The translations under genes and the position numbers were made by a program. Shown in pieces: positions 18,583 through 27,054 of a stretch of 64,000 bases of DNA. Positions within the stretch are counted from its first letter, which is position 1; every line of letters begins with the position of its first letter. Source of the DNA: Bacteroidales bacterium. Its GTDB lineage: Bacteria; Bacteroidota; Bacteroidia; Bacteroidales; UBA932. The stretch is from NCBI GenBank assembly GCA_024398105.1, contig JAKSJP010000003.1:19780-83779 (forward strand), in the 5' to 3' direction. The notes beneath the pieces are model-generated. The model was given only the letters and a program-made list of their open reading frames with translations. It searched no databases and was not told where the DNA came from.

Positions 18583-19188
18583 ATGGCAAATCTCAAAGAA
18601 ACCATTCTCAATCCAATCACAAAGGGCAATCCTATCACTGTCCTCGTCCTTGGTATCTGCTCCTCACTCGCTGTAACAGTCGAGCTCAAGGGAGCATTCG
18701 TAATGGCACTTTCAGTAATCGCAGTGACTGGACTTTCAAGTCTTGTAGTATCACTCCTCAGAAAGACCATTCCTAACCGTGTACGTATCATCGTACAGCT
18801 CGTTGTCGTAGCTATGATGGTAATCCTCGTGGACCAGTTCCTCAAGGCATTCGCATATGGCATCGACAAGCAGCTCTCAGTATACATCGGACTTATCATC
18901 ACCAACTGTATCGTGATGGGTCGTATCGAGGCGTTCGCACTCGGTAACGAGCCTATCCCTTCACTCCTTGATGGTCTTGCAAACGGTGTAGGCTACGGAG
19001 CCATCCTCATCATCGTCGCATTCTTCCGCGAGCTCTTCGGTTCAGGAACCCTCTTCGGTTTCCCTGTACTCTCAGCTATCGGTTACACAAACAACGGTCT
19101 CATGATCCTTCCTCCTATGGCACTCATCCTCCTCGGCTGTGTGATCTGGGTTCAGAGAAGCATCCAGAAGGACCTTCAGGAAAAATAA
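18583..19188 (+). CDS. nqrD: Na+-NQR subunit D
   Basis: 201 aa, Rnf/Nqr D/E-type six-TM protein (NPITVLVLGICSSLAVT). Confidence 0.95.
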   Translation: MANLKETILNPITKGNPITVLVLGICSSLAVTVELKGAFVMALSVIAVTGLSSLVVSLLRKTIPNRVRIIVQLVVVAMMVILVDQFLKAFAYGIDKQLSVYIGLIITNCIVMGRIEAFALGNEPIPSLLDGLANGVGYGAILIIVAFFRELFGSGTLFGFPVLSAIGYTNNGLMILPPMALILLGCVIWVQRSIQKDLQEK

Positions 19189-19207
19189 CAGTTAGACAAG
19201 ATATACT

Positions 19208-19813
19208 ATGGAATATTTAAGCTTATTCGTAAAGTCAATCTTCGTTGACAATATGATCTTTGCATACTTCCTTGGTATGTGTTCATACCTGGCAGTATCA
19301 AAGAATGTCAAGACAGCTAACGGTCTGGGTCTCGCTGTTATCTTCGTACTTGTGTGCACCCTCCCGCTCAACTACCTTCTCAACAAGTACATCCTCACCC
19401 CTGGTGAGAACTGCATCTTCGGAGAGGGTGTTGACCTTAGCTTCCTCAGCTTCATCATCTTCATCGCAGTCATCGCTGCATTCGTACAGCTTGTCGAGAT
19501 GATCGTGGAGAAGTTCCTCCCTTCCCTTTACTCATCACTCGGTATCTTCCTTCCACTGATTGCCGTGAACTGTGCGATCCTCGGTGGTTCACTCTTCATG
19601 CAGCAGAAGGATTTCATCAATGTAGGTGAGTCAGCAGTCTATGCGCTCGGCAGCGGTATCGGCTGGTACCTCGCTATCGTAGCTCTCGCAGCAATCCGCG
19701 AGAAGATGTCATACTCTAACGTCCCTGCAGGACTCAAGGGCACCGGCATCACCTTCATCACAGTAGGTCTCATGGGTATCGCATTCATGGCATTCATGGG
19801 TATTTCACTTTAG
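19208..19813 (+). CDS. nqrE: Na+-NQR subunit E
   Basis: 201 aa, paralogous to NqrD ([11 protein letters not shown]; [11 protein letters not shown]). Confidence 0.95.
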   Translation: MEYLSLFVKSIFVDNMIFAYFLGMCSYLAVSKNVKTANGLGLAVIFVLVCTLPLNYLLNKYILTPGENCIFGEGVDLSFLSFIIFIAVIAAFVQLVEMIVEKFLPSLYSSLGIFLPLIAVNCAILGGSLFMQQKDFINVGESAVYALGSGIGWYLAIVALAAIREKMSYSNVPAGLKGTGITFITVGLMGIAFMAFMGISL

Positions 19814-19825
19814 GAGGACAGATAT

Positions 19826-21097
19826 ATGAATACAATTTTAGCATCAATCATCGTTACAACCATTGTAACACTGATCCTCGTGGTGGCTCTCCTCATCGTG
19901 AAGTCAGCCATCACTCCTAAGGGTAAGATCAAGCTCGACATCAACGAGGGCAAGAAGGTCATCGAATGCAACCCAGGCGGAAACCTCATGGGCACACTCG
20001 CAGAGAACGGCATCTTCCTTCCATCAGCTTGTGGTGGAAAGGCCAACTGCGGCCAGTGTAAGATCCAGGTCCTCGCAGGTGGTGGAGAGATCCTTCCTAC
20101 TGAGGTAGGTTTCTTCAACCGCAAGCAGATCAAGGCCGGCTGGCGCCTCGGTTGCCAGGTCAAGGTCAAGGAAGACCTCAAGGTCCAGATGGACGAGAGC
20201 GCTCTCAGCATCAAGAAGCTCGAGTGCGAGGTCATCTCAAACGACAACGTAGCTACCTTCATCAAGGAGTTCACAGTGAAGCTTCCTGAGGGAGAGAACA
20301 TCGAGTTCAAGTCAGGTCAGTACATCCAGATCGACATCCCTAAGTACGAGCTTGATTTCAAGGATATCGACGTAGATCCTATCTATAAGGGTGACTGGGA
20401 GAAGTTCGGTTTCTTCAACCTTCATTCCTCAAACCCTGTAGATACCATCAGAGCTTACTCAATGGCCTCTTACCCAGGTGAGAAGGGCATCATCAAGCTC
20501 AACGTACGTATCGCTACCCCTCCATTCGACAGATCAGTTCCACGCGAGCTCGGTCCTAAGCTTCTCCCTGTAAATCCAGGTATCGCTTCATCATACGTAT
20601 TCACCAGAAAGCCAGGTGACAAGGTGATGATCTCAGGTCCTTACGGAGACTTCCTTCTTCCTAAGAACGATCCTGATTCACAGCAGTATGTATTCGTCGG
20701 TGGTGGTGCAGGTATGGCTCCGCTCAGAAGCCACATCATGCAGCTCTTCAAGACTCTCAAGACCGGTAAGGAGGTACACTTCTTCTACGGTGCACGTGCA
20801 CTCGTCGAGGCATTCTACCTCGAGGACTTCGCTGAGATCGAGAAGGACTTCCCTAACTTCCACTTCCATCTTGCTCTCGACCGTCCAGATCCAGCAGCAG
20901 ATGCAGCAGGAGTCAAGTACGTCGCTGGTTTCGTACACAACGTAATGTACGAGACATTCCTCAAGGAGCACGAGGCACCAGAGGACATCAAGTACTTCAT
21001 GTGCGGTCCTCCTATGATGACCAAGTGCGTTGTCGACCTTCTCGACAGCCTTGGAGTAGCTCCAGAGAGCATCCTCTTCGACAACTTCGGTGCATAA
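19826..21097 (+). CDS. nqrF: Na+-NQR subunit F (2Fe-2S ferredoxin plus FAD/NADH domains)
   Basis: 423 aa with an N-terminal TM. 2Fe-2S cysteines CGGKANCGQCK...C, FAD motif RAYSMAS, NAD motif FVGGGAGMAP. Confidence 0.95.
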   Translation: MNTILASIIVTTIVTLILVVALLIVKSAITPKGKIKLDINEGKKVIECNPGGNLMGTLAENGIFLPSACGGKANCGQCKIQVLAGGGEILPTEVGFFNRKQIKAGWRLGCQVKVKEDLKVQMDESALSIKKLECEVISNDNVATFIKEFTVKLPEGENIEFKSGQYIQIDIPKYELDFKDIDVDPIYKGDWEKFGFFNLHSSNPVDTIRAYSMASYPGEKGIIKLNVRIATPPFDRSVPRELGPKLLPVNPGIASSYVFTRKPGDKVMISGPYGDFLLPKNDPDSQQYVFVGGGAGMAPLRSHIMQLFKTLKTGKEVHFFYGARALVEAFYLEDFAEIEKDFPNFHFHLALDRPDPAADAAGVKYVAGFVHNVMYETFLKEHEAPEDIKYFMCGPPMMTKCVVDLLDSLGVAPESILFDNFGA

Positions 21098-21120
21098 TCA
21101 CCATATACCTTATTAATAAG

Positions 21121-21148
21121 AGGCTGACTTCAATGTCAGCCTTTTTTT
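21121..21148 (+). terminator. Rho-independent terminator of the nqr operon
   Basis: Stem aggctgac/gtcagcct with loop ttcaat, followed by a T7 run. Confidence 0.8.
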
Positions 21149-21371
21149 GTGCCTGCAGGAAAAGGTTAAGATTCATGTATTTCTGCATAATAAATCTTTA
21201 CTCCACACTTTCTGACAAGAAGGAGACATTAGATTTGCCATAGAAATACCCAGGTGCAGAATGAACGTAGCGATACATATAGGAAAGAGGGACAAAGGTC
21301 GGAGAAAATCCTCGAGGTCAAGCAATGGATTCTGGCCCGACTTGCTACAACAATACAACTCAAAATATTCA

Positions 21372-22355
21372 ATGGGCCCCATTCATGTAAGAACAATTCT
21401 GGCCTTTCTCCCGGTTTCCATGGCGATTGCCGGATGCTCAGTTTCCCTGACTCCGGAAGAGACGGTCTGCGAGATGTCCCTGACCAAGGCCCCGGCAAGC
21501 GGGATATCAAGTCTTGACCTATTCTATTATAATGACGATACGGAAAGCCGTCTTGACTCATACCAGAGGTTCACAGATGTCGGAACCCAGGTCCTTGGAG
21601 CATCACGAAACGGGAAAAAGAGCGTGGTAGCCATCACTAATCTGCGTGAAGACAGATACAGCTGGTCCGACATCAGTTCCCTTCCATCCCTTGAGAAAGT
21701 CGTCGCACGTCTTGACGAGGACTCACCTTCCGAGCCTGTAATGAGTGCGTCGGCGCATATAGACGCCGGCAGGCAGTCTTCCTGCAGCATGGTATTCAGG
21801 CCTGTCATGTCCGAAGTCATACTGCGCTCAATACGATGTGACTTCAGCAGCAGGAGCTACCATGATGCCCAGCTCGAGGACATCGAAGTATATCTCACTA
21901 ATGTGTGCACTGCGTGGCCGGTACTCAAGGACACGCTCGCCCACTCCTCGGACTATGTCAACGTAGGACGAGCCGACAGTACCACGATGTCGAAGATGGC
22001 ACATCCTGAATATATCTACAGTCACCCAGGAACCAAGGTAGGATCAGCTACGGTCAGGCCGGACCTGCACTTCTTCTGCTACCCTAATGTCGAGAAGGAA
22101 GAAAGCCTTGGTTCTCCGTTCACCAGACTGGTGATAGAAGGGACTCTCGAAGGCAAGCGATACTACTACCCTGTGAACGTCAACCGCCGTTCCGACGCCA
22201 AAGGAGTGGAAAGGAACTGCGTATATATTCTTGACATGGTACTGACACGACGCGGCACGACGGACCCTGACACAGCCGTAGACACAGAGACCGCGCAGAT
22301 AACGGTGTCCGTCGTGGACTGGAACGACAAAGGAAAGCAATACGTCAGCTATTAG
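21372..22355 (+). CDS. Type V pilus accessory lipoprotein, FimB/Mfa2-like (anchor-type) subunit
   Basis: The ORF runs from 21261, but a lipoprotein signal starts at ATG 21372 (MGPIHVRTILAFLPVSMAIAG|C). About 328 aa, the same size class as Mfa2. Pattern LDLFYYNDD...VVAITNL...MSEVILRSIRCDF resembles the Mfa2/FimB family as I remember it. Confidence 0.5.
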   Translation: MGPIHVRTILAFLPVSMAIAGCSVSLTPEETVCEMSLTKAPASGISSLDLFYYNDDTESRLDSYQRFTDVGTQVLGASRNGKKSVVAITNLREDRYSWSDISSLPSLEKVVARLDEDSPSEPVMSASAHIDAGRQSSCSMVFRPVMSEVILRSIRCDFSSRSYHDAQLEDIEVYLTNVCTAWPVLKDTLAHSSDYVNVGRADSTTMSKMAHPEYIYSHPGTKVGSATVRPDLHFFCYPNVEKEESLGSPFTRLVIEGTLEGKRYYYPVNVNRRSDAKGVERNCVYILDMVLTRRGTTDPDTAVDTETAQITVSVVDWNDKGKQYVSY

Positions 22356-22366
22356 ACAGAAGCGAT

Positions 22367-23386
22367 ATGACCAGAAAAGACATAGACCGATATTGTGGAG
22401 GAATAGTGAAAGGGCTGCTTGTCAGCCTGGCAGCCGCGCTTCTCCTGTCCTGTGAGAAAGCAGGAGAGGCGCAGCTGATCACTGTCGTCTTAGATGCGTC
22501 GGGGGCTATGGAGACCAAGTCTGCAGACCCTGACGAGACTCTGGTATCAGACATCAACCTGTTCATTTTCAGCGAAGATGGATATCTTGAGGATTTCCGA
22601 TACCTGTCAAGAAGGACCGTCGAAAATGCCGGAGGAAGAATAAGTATTCAGGTGCCACTGGTACGAGGAATAAAGGAAAGCATTGTCTGCTGCGCCAATT
22701 TCGGGTATGAGATCAAAGGTATAATGACACATAAGGAGCTGTCAGAGTACCGATTCAATCTCGCGTATCCGGACGAGTTCTCGCGAGGAATACCGATGAC
22801 TGCGGAAGTTGAGCGTATCTTCAGAGTTGACGAGGAGGTCATCACGATTCCACTTGTCAGGATGATGTCAAAGATATCGATAGCGATGGACAGGACCGAG
22901 CTGGACAGCGATGTGAGACTGCTCGTGAAGGGCGTATGGATAGGAAACTGTCCAAGATCCGCCAGCGTCACAGGGCCGAGCTCAGTGCAAGGCAGCAGGG
23001 ATGTTTTCGAGAAAGGCTATGTCAAGACATTCGCGCAGGTGGACCAGATGAACAAGGAAGTCGCACCTGGAATAAGCGGAGAAGCAAATGTATATATGCT
23101 TGAGAACATGATGGGAGACCTTCTGGACGACACGGTCGACGACCATGGCAAGATAATCAAAGGAGCTGTTGCCGGATCCTGCTCTTTCATTGCAGTAGAG
23201 TGCGAATACTATTCCCCTGTCCATCATACAAGGCCGGGAGAATACCTGCTCTACCGTTTCTTTCTTGGTGAAAGCAACAGCAACTTTGACATTGAGAGGA
23301 ACTGCCACTACCACTTTGTAGTCCAACCTTTCGGGGACGGGCTCGGAGACAGCAGCTGGCGCATTGACAAGACGGCATTGGAATAA
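22367..23386 (+). CDS. DUF4906-domain fimbrial-associated lipoprotein
   Basis: 339 aa with lipobox LLLS|C. Fimbrillin-like N-terminal pattern (VSDINLFIFSEDGYL). C-terminal CSFIAVECEYYS...YLLYRFFLGESNSNFDIERNCHYHFVVQP matches the DUF4906 pattern from memory. Confidence 0.55.
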   Translation: MTRKDIDRYCGGIVKGLLVSLAAALLLSCEKAGEAQLITVVLDASGAMETKSADPDETLVSDINLFIFSEDGYLEDFRYLSRRTVENAGGRISIQVPLVRGIKESIVCCANFGYEIKGIMTHKELSEYRFNLAYPDEFSRGIPMTAEVERIFRVDEEVITIPLVRMMSKISIAMDRTELDSDVRLLVKGVWIGNCPRSASVTGPSSVQGSRDVFEKGYVKTFAQVDQMNKEVAPGISGEANVYMLENMMGDLLDDTVDDHGKIIKGAVAGSCSFIAVECEYYSPVHHTRPGEYLLYRFFLGESNSNFDIERNCHYHFVVQPFGDGLGDSSWRIDKTALE

Positions 23387-23397
23387 CAGGAAAGGGT

Positions 23398-24288
23398 ATG
23401 GATGCTGTGTTGGTGTGGACGGATGTCGAGGCGAAGGAATACCGCAGGTCAAGACTCAGATATTTCAAGGACAATCCAGGGGAAAGCGACGACTGGAGAC
23501 AGGACCGTGGCAAAAGCGAGTTCCTGCTTTGTCTCGGGGCGATCCTGAGGAACTGCCCAAGGATCAGGAGGATATCCGTATTGTCAGCCATAAAGATCGG
23601 CTTGCCGGAGGAATTCCTGGACATGAACTTCCCCGACAGGGAGACAGAGGTCAGGATGATGGGCTTCGACGAGCTCTTCGCAGACGGGATGGAAGGCTTC
23701 CTCCCCTGCCTCAGCCCCATAGCGGCCGTCACACAGCTATACAAAGCCAGGTCAATCGATGACAGTTTCTATCTTTTCAATGTCGGTTGTCTACCTGTAA
23801 GGAAAATGGACATCCTTAAGTTCTGGAAAGACGGGGAATCTGTCTGCTACGGGAAATGGGAGCGCAGCGATTCCATCTCAGGAAGAAGGAAAGAACGCAT
23901 CTTCATACCGGGAATGGTGCCTATGCTGATGAGCCGCAGGACTATGGAGGAATGCCTGACAAGCCATCCCGGACTGCTCACATCCAACCTGCGCCATCAC
24001 CTGGACAGCCCGCGTTCGAGGTTCAATCCGCAGGGACAGACAGACATCAGGCTGATTATGGCAAACAGACGGGATTCCGTCAGAGTCGATACAGGCAGAG
24101 GACGGCGGGATCATGGTACCATGGTCCTGAGGCTTGACCCTTGCGACGACCGTACGTTCTTCGAGACAATCGAGAAAGCGGACGGGGCCGAGTTCATCGA
24201 GACCGCCCCGCTGAAGGACTTCGACCTGGGCCAAAGGCGCGCAATCGTCGATTTCCTATGCCACCTGTTACAGATACGCCTGCCTTGA
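23398..24288 (+). CDS. Highly divergent, probably catalytically dead Stealth-like paralogue
   Basis: 296-aa intact ORF with ATG start. Collinear by eye with the adjacent Stealth protein. DAVLVWTDVE aligns with DFVITWVDMN, and FYLFNVGCLPVRKMDILKFWKDG aligns with FVYFNDDMYMIAPTSPERFFKDG at identical spacing. Invariant residues are lost. Several long alternative-frame ORFs overlap, so coding status is less certain. Confidence 0.5.
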   Translation: MDAVLVWTDVEAKEYRRSRLRYFKDNPGESDDWRQDRGKSEFLLCLGAILRNCPRIRRISVLSAIKIGLPEEFLDMNFPDRETEVRMMGFDELFADGMEGFLPCLSPIAAVTQLYKARSIDDSFYLFNVGCLPVRKMDILKFWKDGESVCYGKWERSDSISGRRKERIFIPGMVPMLMSRRTMEECLTSHPGLLTSNLRHHLDSPRSRFNPQGQTDIRLIMANRRDSVRVDTGRGRRDHGTMVLRLDPCDDRTFFETIEKADGAEFIETAPLKDFDLGQRRAIVDFLCHLLQIRLP

Positions 24289-24317
24289 AGTATCGTTAAA
24301 TTTTGTAATTTTGCATT

Positions 24318-25328
24318 ATGGAAATGCAGAATACACCAGAGATTGATTTCGTCATCACATGGGTCGACATGAACGATCCTGCATGGATGGCTGACTTCAG
24401 GAAATTCAAGACCGGGATAGACAACAGCACCAATCAGTATTCAGAGGCCAGGTTCAGAGACTATGGATTCCTACGCTACTGGTTCCGCGCTGTCGAGAAG
24501 AACGCCCCATGGGTAAGGAAGATCCATTTCGTGACTTGCGGGCAGAAGCCTCAGTGGCTGGACACCAAGCATCCCAAGCTCCATCTGGTCGACCACAAGG
24601 ACTATATCCCGAATGAGTTCCTTCCTGTCTTCAATTCATCGCTGATCGAGCTGTATTTCCACAAGATCGAAGGCATTGCGGACAGATTCGTCTATTTCAA
24701 CGACGACATGTACATGATAGCGCCTACCTCTCCCGAGAGATTCTTCAAGGACGGGCTGCCATGTGACATCGCGGCCTTCCGCTTCAATTCCGGAGCCAGC
24801 CTCTGGGCCAAGTGCCTGAAGAACAACATCCGTCTGATCAACAGCAAGTTCGACAAGAAGGAAGTCCTCAGCAGGGACAGGGACAAATGGTTCGCGGAGG
24901 AATACGGCAGCAAGAGGCGTCTCACCCGAGTGCTCCAGCCTTTCAACAGATTCTTCACGCTGAAAGTGCCGCACAATGCCAACGCCTATCTCAAGCAGAC
25001 ATACGAGGAAGTGTGGGCCGAGTTCGGCAAGGAGCTGACAGAAGTGTCTGTGAACAGGTTCCGCAGTGAGAACGACTACACGCAGGAGCTTTTCCGCACA
25101 TGGCAGATCTGCAGGAGCAACTTCACTCCTTACAATGTCTATAAGGACACCAGGATGTTCCCTCTCCTGACCAGGCCGAAGCAGGCCGTGGAAGCGATCA
25201 GGACGCAGAGCCACAAGCTCGTCTGCATAAACGACAACATCCATATCCGCAACTACGAGGCTGTCATGAAGGAGATCGAGGACGCATTCGAGTCGCTGTT
25301 CCCGGAGAAGTCAAGTTTTGAACTATAG
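24318..25328 (+). CDS. Stealth-family protein (putative hexose-1-phosphoryl transferase for polysaccharide)
   Basis: 336 aa. CR1 IDFVITWVDMNDPAW. CR2 FLRYWFRAVEKNAPWVRKIHFVTCGQKPQWL...LPVFNSSLIE...FVYFNDDMYM. CR3 VPHNANAY...NRFRSENDY. CR4 LVCINDN. Confidence 0.8.
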   Translation: MEMQNTPEIDFVITWVDMNDPAWMADFRKFKTGIDNSTNQYSEARFRDYGFLRYWFRAVEKNAPWVRKIHFVTCGQKPQWLDTKHPKLHLVDHKDYIPNEFLPVFNSSLIELYFHKIEGIADRFVYFNDDMYMIAPTSPERFFKDGLPCDIAAFRFNSGASLWAKCLKNNIRLINSKFDKKEVLSRDRDKWFAEEYGSKRRLTRVLQPFNRFFTLKVPHNANAYLKQTYEEVWAEFGKELTEVSVNRFRSENDYTQELFRTWQICRSNFTPYNVYKDTRMFPLLTRPKQAVEAIRTQSHKLVCINDNIHIRNYEAVMKEIEDAFESLFPEKSSFEL

Positions 25329-25343
25329 TTTTTTGGACCATAT

Positions 25344-26015
25344 ATGAACATCAAGAAAGCGATCAGGCAGTGGGGTCTGAAGCATTGGGGCCCAAGAGTC
25401 CGCAAGCAGCAGATGCTCAAGGAGAAAGGAGCCGGTATCATCGGAAGCATAACTGAATTCCTCGAGAAGGAAGGCGTCGACTGTTTCCTTGAGTTCGGCA
25501 CCCTGCTGGGTATGTACAGAGACAAGGATTTCATCAAGTCAGACGACGACATCGATTTCGGTGCATGGCTCAAGGACGCCCCTGTGATCACCAGGACCAT
25601 GCTTGCCCATGGCTATACACTCCGACGTGAGTACCACCTCATCGGGGGCCTTGGTATGGAACAGACCTTCCGCAACAAGGACGGCATGAACATCGATTTC
25701 TTCTATTACGAGCCGGAAGGCGACCATCTGGCAGCGTATGGATTCAGGAAATATCAGCACTACAGACACCACAAGGCATCCTTCTTCAAGGTGTCAAAGT
25801 ATATCTTCAAGACTTTCACCGTAGCAGAAGCGAGCTTCAAGGGGGTCAGGGTAAAGGTCCCTGCAAACACCGAGGAACATATCATGGAGGTATACGGTCC
25901 TGGATACAAGGTCTACGACCCGCATTTCAAGCATGGCGGAAACAAGACCATGTACGAATTCAACGAATCCGGATTCGCCGGAGTGGGATTCAGGAAAGGA
26001 ATGCCTACGAAGTAA
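25344..26015 (+). CDS. LicD-family phosphotransferase (transfers phospho-alcohol from a CDP-activated donor)
   Basis: 223 aa. LicD signature CFLEFGTLLGMYRDKDFIKSDDDIDFG. Confidence 0.7.
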   Translation: MNIKKAIRQWGLKHWGPRVRKQQMLKEKGAGIIGSITEFLEKEGVDCFLEFGTLLGMYRDKDFIKSDDDIDFGAWLKDAPVITRTMLAHGYTLRREYHLIGGLGMEQTFRNKDGMNIDFFYYEPEGDHLAAYGFRKYQHYRHHKASFFKVSKYIFKTFTVAEASFKGVRVKVPANTEEHIMEVYGPGYKVYDPHFKHGGNKTMYEFNESGFAGVGFRKGMPTK

Positions 26016-26025
26016 AGCCTGGTAA

Positions 26026-27051
26026 CTACCTTAGGCTTTCATACCAACGGTAGATCTCGTCTACCATAGGGACAGGGACGCCCAGTTCCGATGCTTTCTC
26101 ACGTATGAAGCGGAGCCCGAACGGAAAATCCTCAGTGAAATAGCGGCTGGCGAGGTCCGGAATCCAGCCCTCCGCAGTCTGCACCATAGGCGAAAGTATG
26201 CCCTTGAAGCCGCCTATCGAGCGTATCTTCCTTGTCAGTGACGGAGCATCGACGCTCTCATAGTACTCCAGGATAGGTTTCAGGAAACCTTCTGTCACAT
26301 CGAGACGGGCCAACACGCTGAACAGCTCGGCATCCAGCCTGATCAGAAGTTCGGAAGCCTCATCGGTCCATTCCTCATAGAACAGGAACTGCCTGTCATA
26401 TACGACGCCGGGATGCCAGTCCTTGAACAGCGTGTATATCCTGGAAGGATGCAATATCGGATTGCTGTTTGTGAAACTTGCCTCGTAATAGTTCTTCAGC
26501 AGATTCACAGGGCTGCCGAACAGTTCCTCCACCAGCGCGCGGAAGGATTCAGGATCCTCGGCATTCTCCACTGCTATATTATGTGACTGCTTGAATCCCA
26601 GAAGGTTGGCCTTGTGGCCATATTCCTTTGTACGGGAGATGAAAGGCACTCTCTGGAAGCCCCACAGAGGGATGTCGCTGCTGAAATATCTATGGGCTGT
26701 GAAGAAGAATCCCGTTGAGCAGAAAACGCTGCCGACGAATGTTCCCGGCCTGACATGAGGGGCTATCGAGGAAAGCATCTCCTCTATAGAGAATCCTGGC
26801 AGACACACAAGTACGATGTCCGCAGTCGGGATGACCTCGGCAGGATCTGAAGACACCTTGGCCAGAGGGCTCTCGAAAGAGGTTCCATCGGGAAGATTCA
26901 GCCCCATGGTATCACCCCAGCTGGACGGTCTTCTGGTAAGGACATTGACCTTGACACCCTCACGATGGGCAAGGAAGCCTGCGCATACATGTCCCAGCGA
27001 ACCTCCGCCGCAGACACATACCGTCACATCAGATCTCTTGAGGGATACCAT
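26026..27051 (-). CDS. NAD(P)-dependent octopine/nopaline (opine) dehydrogenase-family oxidoreductase
   Basis: 341 aa. N-terminal Rossmann VCVCGGGSLGHVCAG. C-terminal SRYFTEDFPFGLRFIREKASELGVPVP, typical of the Octopine_DH domain. Confidence 0.7.
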   Translation of the reverse strand: MVSLKRSDVTVCVCGGGSLGHVCAGFLAHREGVKVNVLTRRPSSWGDTMGLNLPDGTSFESPLAKVSSDPAEVIPTADIVLVCLPGFSIEEMLSSIAPHVRPGTFVGSVFCSTGFFFTAHRYFSSDIPLWGFQRVPFISRTKEYGHKANLLGFKQSHNIAVENAEDPESFRALVEELFGSPVNLLKNYYEASFTNSNPILHPSRIYTLFKDWHPGVVYDRQFLFYEEWTDEASELLIRLDAELFSVLARLDVTEGFLKPILEYYESVDAPSLTRKIRSIGGFKGILSPMVQTAEGWIPDLASRYFTEDFPFGLRFIREKASELGVPVPMVDEIYRWYESLR

Positions 27052-27054
27052 AGT

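Noticed and set aside
21261-21371. 37-codon N-terminal extension of the Mfa2-like ORF (MNVAIHIGKRDKGRRKSS...)
   Set aside because: It is basic and non-signal-like. A canonical lipoprotein signal peptide starts at the internal ATG 21372.
23187-24234. Multiple 90-185-aa ORFs in other frames across the DUF4906/Stealth-like junction (23187-23744 minus, 23364-23762 plus, 23856-24137 plus, 23878-24234 minus)
   Set aside because: None has a signal, motif or sensible start. I kept them as evidence of unusual composition of the degenerate Stealth paralogue region rather than as genes.
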